Shown here in pieces: positions 33,975 to 35,831 of a DNA stretch of 35,831 nt. The notes under the pieces were generated by a model that worked only from the letters and a program-made list of their open reading frames with translations, ran no database searches and was not told where the DNA came from. This DNA is from a virus: the IMG/VR virus record IMGVR_UViG_3300045988_034936; one strand, 5' to 3'. Both the position numbers and the translations under genes were made by a program. Within the stretch, counting starts at the first letter, position 1. The number at the start of each line of letters is the position of its first letter.

Positions 33975-34193
33975 ATGCCTAGAATATCATTAGAAGCAGC
34001 AAGGGTTAATGCTGGCCTAACACAGAAAGAACTCGCCGAAATGCTTGGGGTTTCAAATGTTACAATCGTTAATTGGGAAAAAGGGAATAGCGAGCCTAGT
34101 GTTTCTCAGCTTAGAAAAATCAGTGAACTTTCTGGAATCCCTATGGATTTTATTTTTATACCTGATAAATCCAATAAAATTGAATTATCATAG
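33975..34193 (+). CDS. Cro-like XRE-family HTH protein
   Basis: ATG 33975 is preferred, 7 nt after AGGAGG; ATG 33969 is too close. LTQKELAEMLGVSNVTIVNWEKGNSEPSVSQLRKISELSGIP. Confidence 0.8.
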   Translation: MPRISLEAARVNAGLTQKELAEMLGVSNVTIVNWEKGNSEPSVSQLRKISELSGIPMDFIFIPDKSNKIELS

Positions 34194-34224
34194 CTAAAAT
34201 CTAGCATTTAAAGGGGGTGATTTA

Positions 34225-34395
34225 GTGAAGAAAAAGTTAAAAGATATCAAAGAAAAAGTGATTTTGTTTTTACTTGAAACTTTTTTGATTCTTTTTCCAT
34301 TCATATGCGTGGCTGTGGTAATCCTTTTTGCTTACATGGTAAGCACATCGAATTTGCCGGACTGGTTTAAATTTTGGATTTTGTCGAGTAGATAA
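34225..34395 (+). CDS. Small membrane protein (56 aa)
   Basis: Below the ORF-track cutoff. aaggggg RBS before GTG 34225. Hydrophobic core ILFLLETFLILFPFICVAVVILFAYMV. Confidence 0.4.
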   Translation: MKKKLKDIKEKVILFLLETFLILFPFICVAVVILFAYMVSTSNLPDWFKFWILSSR

Positions 34396-34406
34396 GGAGG
34401 TGCAAC

Positions 34407-34949
34407 ATGAAATTTAAAGTCGGAGATAAAGTCATAACGCTAAAAGAACGTGATCATATCGGGGCGTTATTGTTTCCGGTCGGAACAATTGGAACTATTA
34501 CAGAAATTTATTCTGGTAGTGATCTTCCATATAAAGTCGAAGCAGAAGACGATTATTGGTATTATTCGGAAGATATGATCGGAAAAGTAGTAGAAAGGAA
34601 AGAGGATATGAAGAAAGAATTTACAAAGGACGATTTAAAGGACGGGATGATTGTTGAGTATAGAGAGGGAAGCAGGAGATTAGTTGTAGGAAATATTCTG
34701 TACGGTATCGAATCGTATACAACTATAAATTCGCATAATCACGATCTTACATACTCCGATCACGATCTCGATATTATGAAAGTTTATCAAGGATATGCCG
34801 GAACGCTAAAAGAAGTTTTTAGACGTCCTGGAAATCTTATATGGGAAAGAGAACGAAAAATCAAGGACGTTTCTACCAAAGAAATATACGAAGCACTTAA
34901 AGAAAAATATCCGGGATTTGCAGAATTTAATCTGCCTTTCAATGACTAG
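34407..34949 (+). CDS. Hypothetical protein
   Basis: taaggaggtg RBS before ATG 34407; 180 aa. Confidence 0.6.
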   Translation: MKFKVGDKVITLKERDHIGALLFPVGTIGTITEIYSGSDLPYKVEAEDDYWYYSEDMIGKVVERKEDMKKEFTKDDLKDGMIVEYREGSRRLVVGNILYGIESYTTINSHNHDLTYSDHDLDIMKVYQGYAGTLKEVFRRPGNLIWERERKIKDVSTKEIYEALKEKYPGFAEFNLPFND

Positions 34950-35316
34950 GGCGCAAATTCTCCAAGAGCTGTACCGTGTCCGTGGCGAAATCGATGATTT
35001 AATTGAATGTGTTAGCGAACCGGAACAACAGCCAGCGAGATATGAAAAAACAAAGTATTTCCGTGAGGTATACGGAATCAAAGCAACTACACAGCAGACA
35101 AGGCGTGATGCTATACGGGAATGGATAAGGAAAGGCAGATATCCGAGTAATTCATTCATGGGAAATCTGCTAGACAAAGCAGTCTACTACGATTACGTGA
35201 AGAACAAAAAGAATCTAAGCATCTATCCGAAAAGCGTACCGCCTTACGACCCGGAGATATCACTAAAAGAAGCGTTAAGATTGGAGCGTGAAAGGATTGG
35301 GAATCAAGAGACATAA
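34942..35316 (+). CDS. Hypothetical protein
   Basis: The ORF is open from 34918. ATG 34942 overlaps the upstream stop (ATGACTAG). No clear RBS, so the start is uncertain. Confidence 0.45.
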   Translation: MTRAQILQELYRVRGEIDDLIECVSEPEQQPARYEKTKYFREVYGIKATTQQTRRDAIREWIRKGRYPSNSFMGNLLDKAVYYDYVKNKKNLSIYPKSVPPYDPEISLKEALRLERERIGNQET

Positions 35317-35518
35317 GCAAAAGGCGGTTTTAATAAATACGGTGCATGATCTGATCTGTAATGAATGCAGTTTTGCGCTGGAACTAAGAGAGAAAGCCTT
35401 GAATGTTTTCGGTAAAGCAAAAGGAAGTGCGAGGGATGCATTCCAGGGATTGATCCTTTTAATCATCCCATTCGCTGAAATCATGCTTTTCGGGATTGCA
35501 GAGAAATTTCTATTTTAG
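35288..35518 (+). CDS. Hypothetical protein (weak call)
   Basis: 76-aa ORF with a GTG start, poor RBS spacing and a 29-nt overlap with the previous ORF. Confidence 0.25.
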   Translation: MKGLGIKRHKQKAVLINTVHDLICNECSFALELREKALNVFGKAKGSARDAFQGLILLIIPFAEIMLFGIAEKFLF

Positions 35519-35619
35519 GAGGTGGTTACATGGACAAATAAAAATGTGCCGTCACGAAGGACAGGCACACACAAAAATAGTCAAGTAAATAATAACAGAA
35601 AAGAGAGGGAAAGTAAAGG

Positions 35620-35831
35620 ATGAAGAAATTTGAATTAACATCAGAGTTTATCACTAATTGTTTTGGAACAAAATTATTCCGCATAAAGGCGTTGATTGAA
35701 TTTGGAAATGTAAATACTGGAGAACTTGGAGGATATGTTGAAAAAGAAGAAAATCTTTCGCAGTCCGGCAATGCATGGGTGTTCGGCAATGCAGAGGTGT
35801 CCGGCGATGCAAGGGTGTCCGGCGATGCAAG
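35620..35831 (+). CDS. Hexapeptide tandem-repeat protein, 5' part; runs off the window end and continues in frame at position 1
   Basis: ATG 35620 follows gagagggaaag. N-terminus MKKFELTSEFITNCFGTKLFRIKALIEFGNVNTGELGGYVEKEENLSQSGNAWVFGNAEVSGDARVSGDA.. enters the same 18-nt repeat that fills 1-412. Confidence 0.75.
   Translation, partial: MKKFELTSEFITNCFGTKLFRIKALIEFGNVNTGELGGYVEKEENLSQSGNAWVFGNAEVSGDARVSGDA

Larger units (their letters stand above)
1..35831 (+). mobile_element. Near-complete temperate siphovirus-like phage genome, circularly permuted in this window
   Basis: Full complement of phage modules in canonical order: lysogeny switch, recombination/replication, HNH-TerS-TerL, portal-protease-capsid, tail, lysis, integrase. 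No recognisable host genes. Both window ends fall inside the same repeat-containing gene. Confidence 0.85.

Noticed and set aside
35526-35789. 87-aa minus-strand ORF near the window end, and a bulged hairpin at ~35546-35570
   Set aside because: The ORF overlaps the well-supported 5' end of the repeat-protein gene on the opposite strand and has no RBS. The hairpin has a bulged stem and no convincing U-run in the + orientation, so it was not called.

Overview
The window reads as an essentially complete ~35.8 kb genome of a temperate siphovirus-type phage or prophage. It has an HK97-type head module and a long non-contractile tail with no sheath gene. The host is probably a low-GC Firmicute, likely Clostridia, judging from the GH25 + ChW-repeat endolysin. 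The window is circularly permuted: one gene, encoding a protein built from an 18-nt (6-aa) tandem repeat, starts at 35620 and continues in frame at position 1.

Gene order on the + strand:
- Early, recombination and replication genes: Sak/Rad52-like SSAP, NinB-like protein, DUF1064, replication organiser, orphan DNA methyltransferase, Lar-like protein, and many small unknowns.
- A late regulator followed by a terminator.
- Packaging: HNH endonuclease, a candidate cos site, TerS (P27 family) and TerL.
- Head and neck: portal, prohead protease, major capsid protein and four head-tail joining genes.
- Tail: major tail protein, chaperone with a recoding site, tape measure, Dit, Tal and fibre proteins.
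- The DGR cassette, then holin and endolysin.
- An attP-like region, then the minus-strand lysogeny module (integrase, membrane protein, cI-like repressor) facing a cro-like gene across a textbook divergent promoter/operator region.

The stand-out feature is a complete diversity-generating retroelement (DGR) between the tail-fibre genes and the lysis genes. It consists of a target gene (25300-26079) with an 81-nt variable repeat at its 3' end, an Avd-like gene, an 81-nt template repeat and a DGR-type reverse transcriptase. All 14 TR/VR mismatches fall on TR adenines. 24 of the 25 TR adenines lie in 12 AAY codons. DGRs are a known class, and I cannot tell without a database search whether this particular element or phage has been described.
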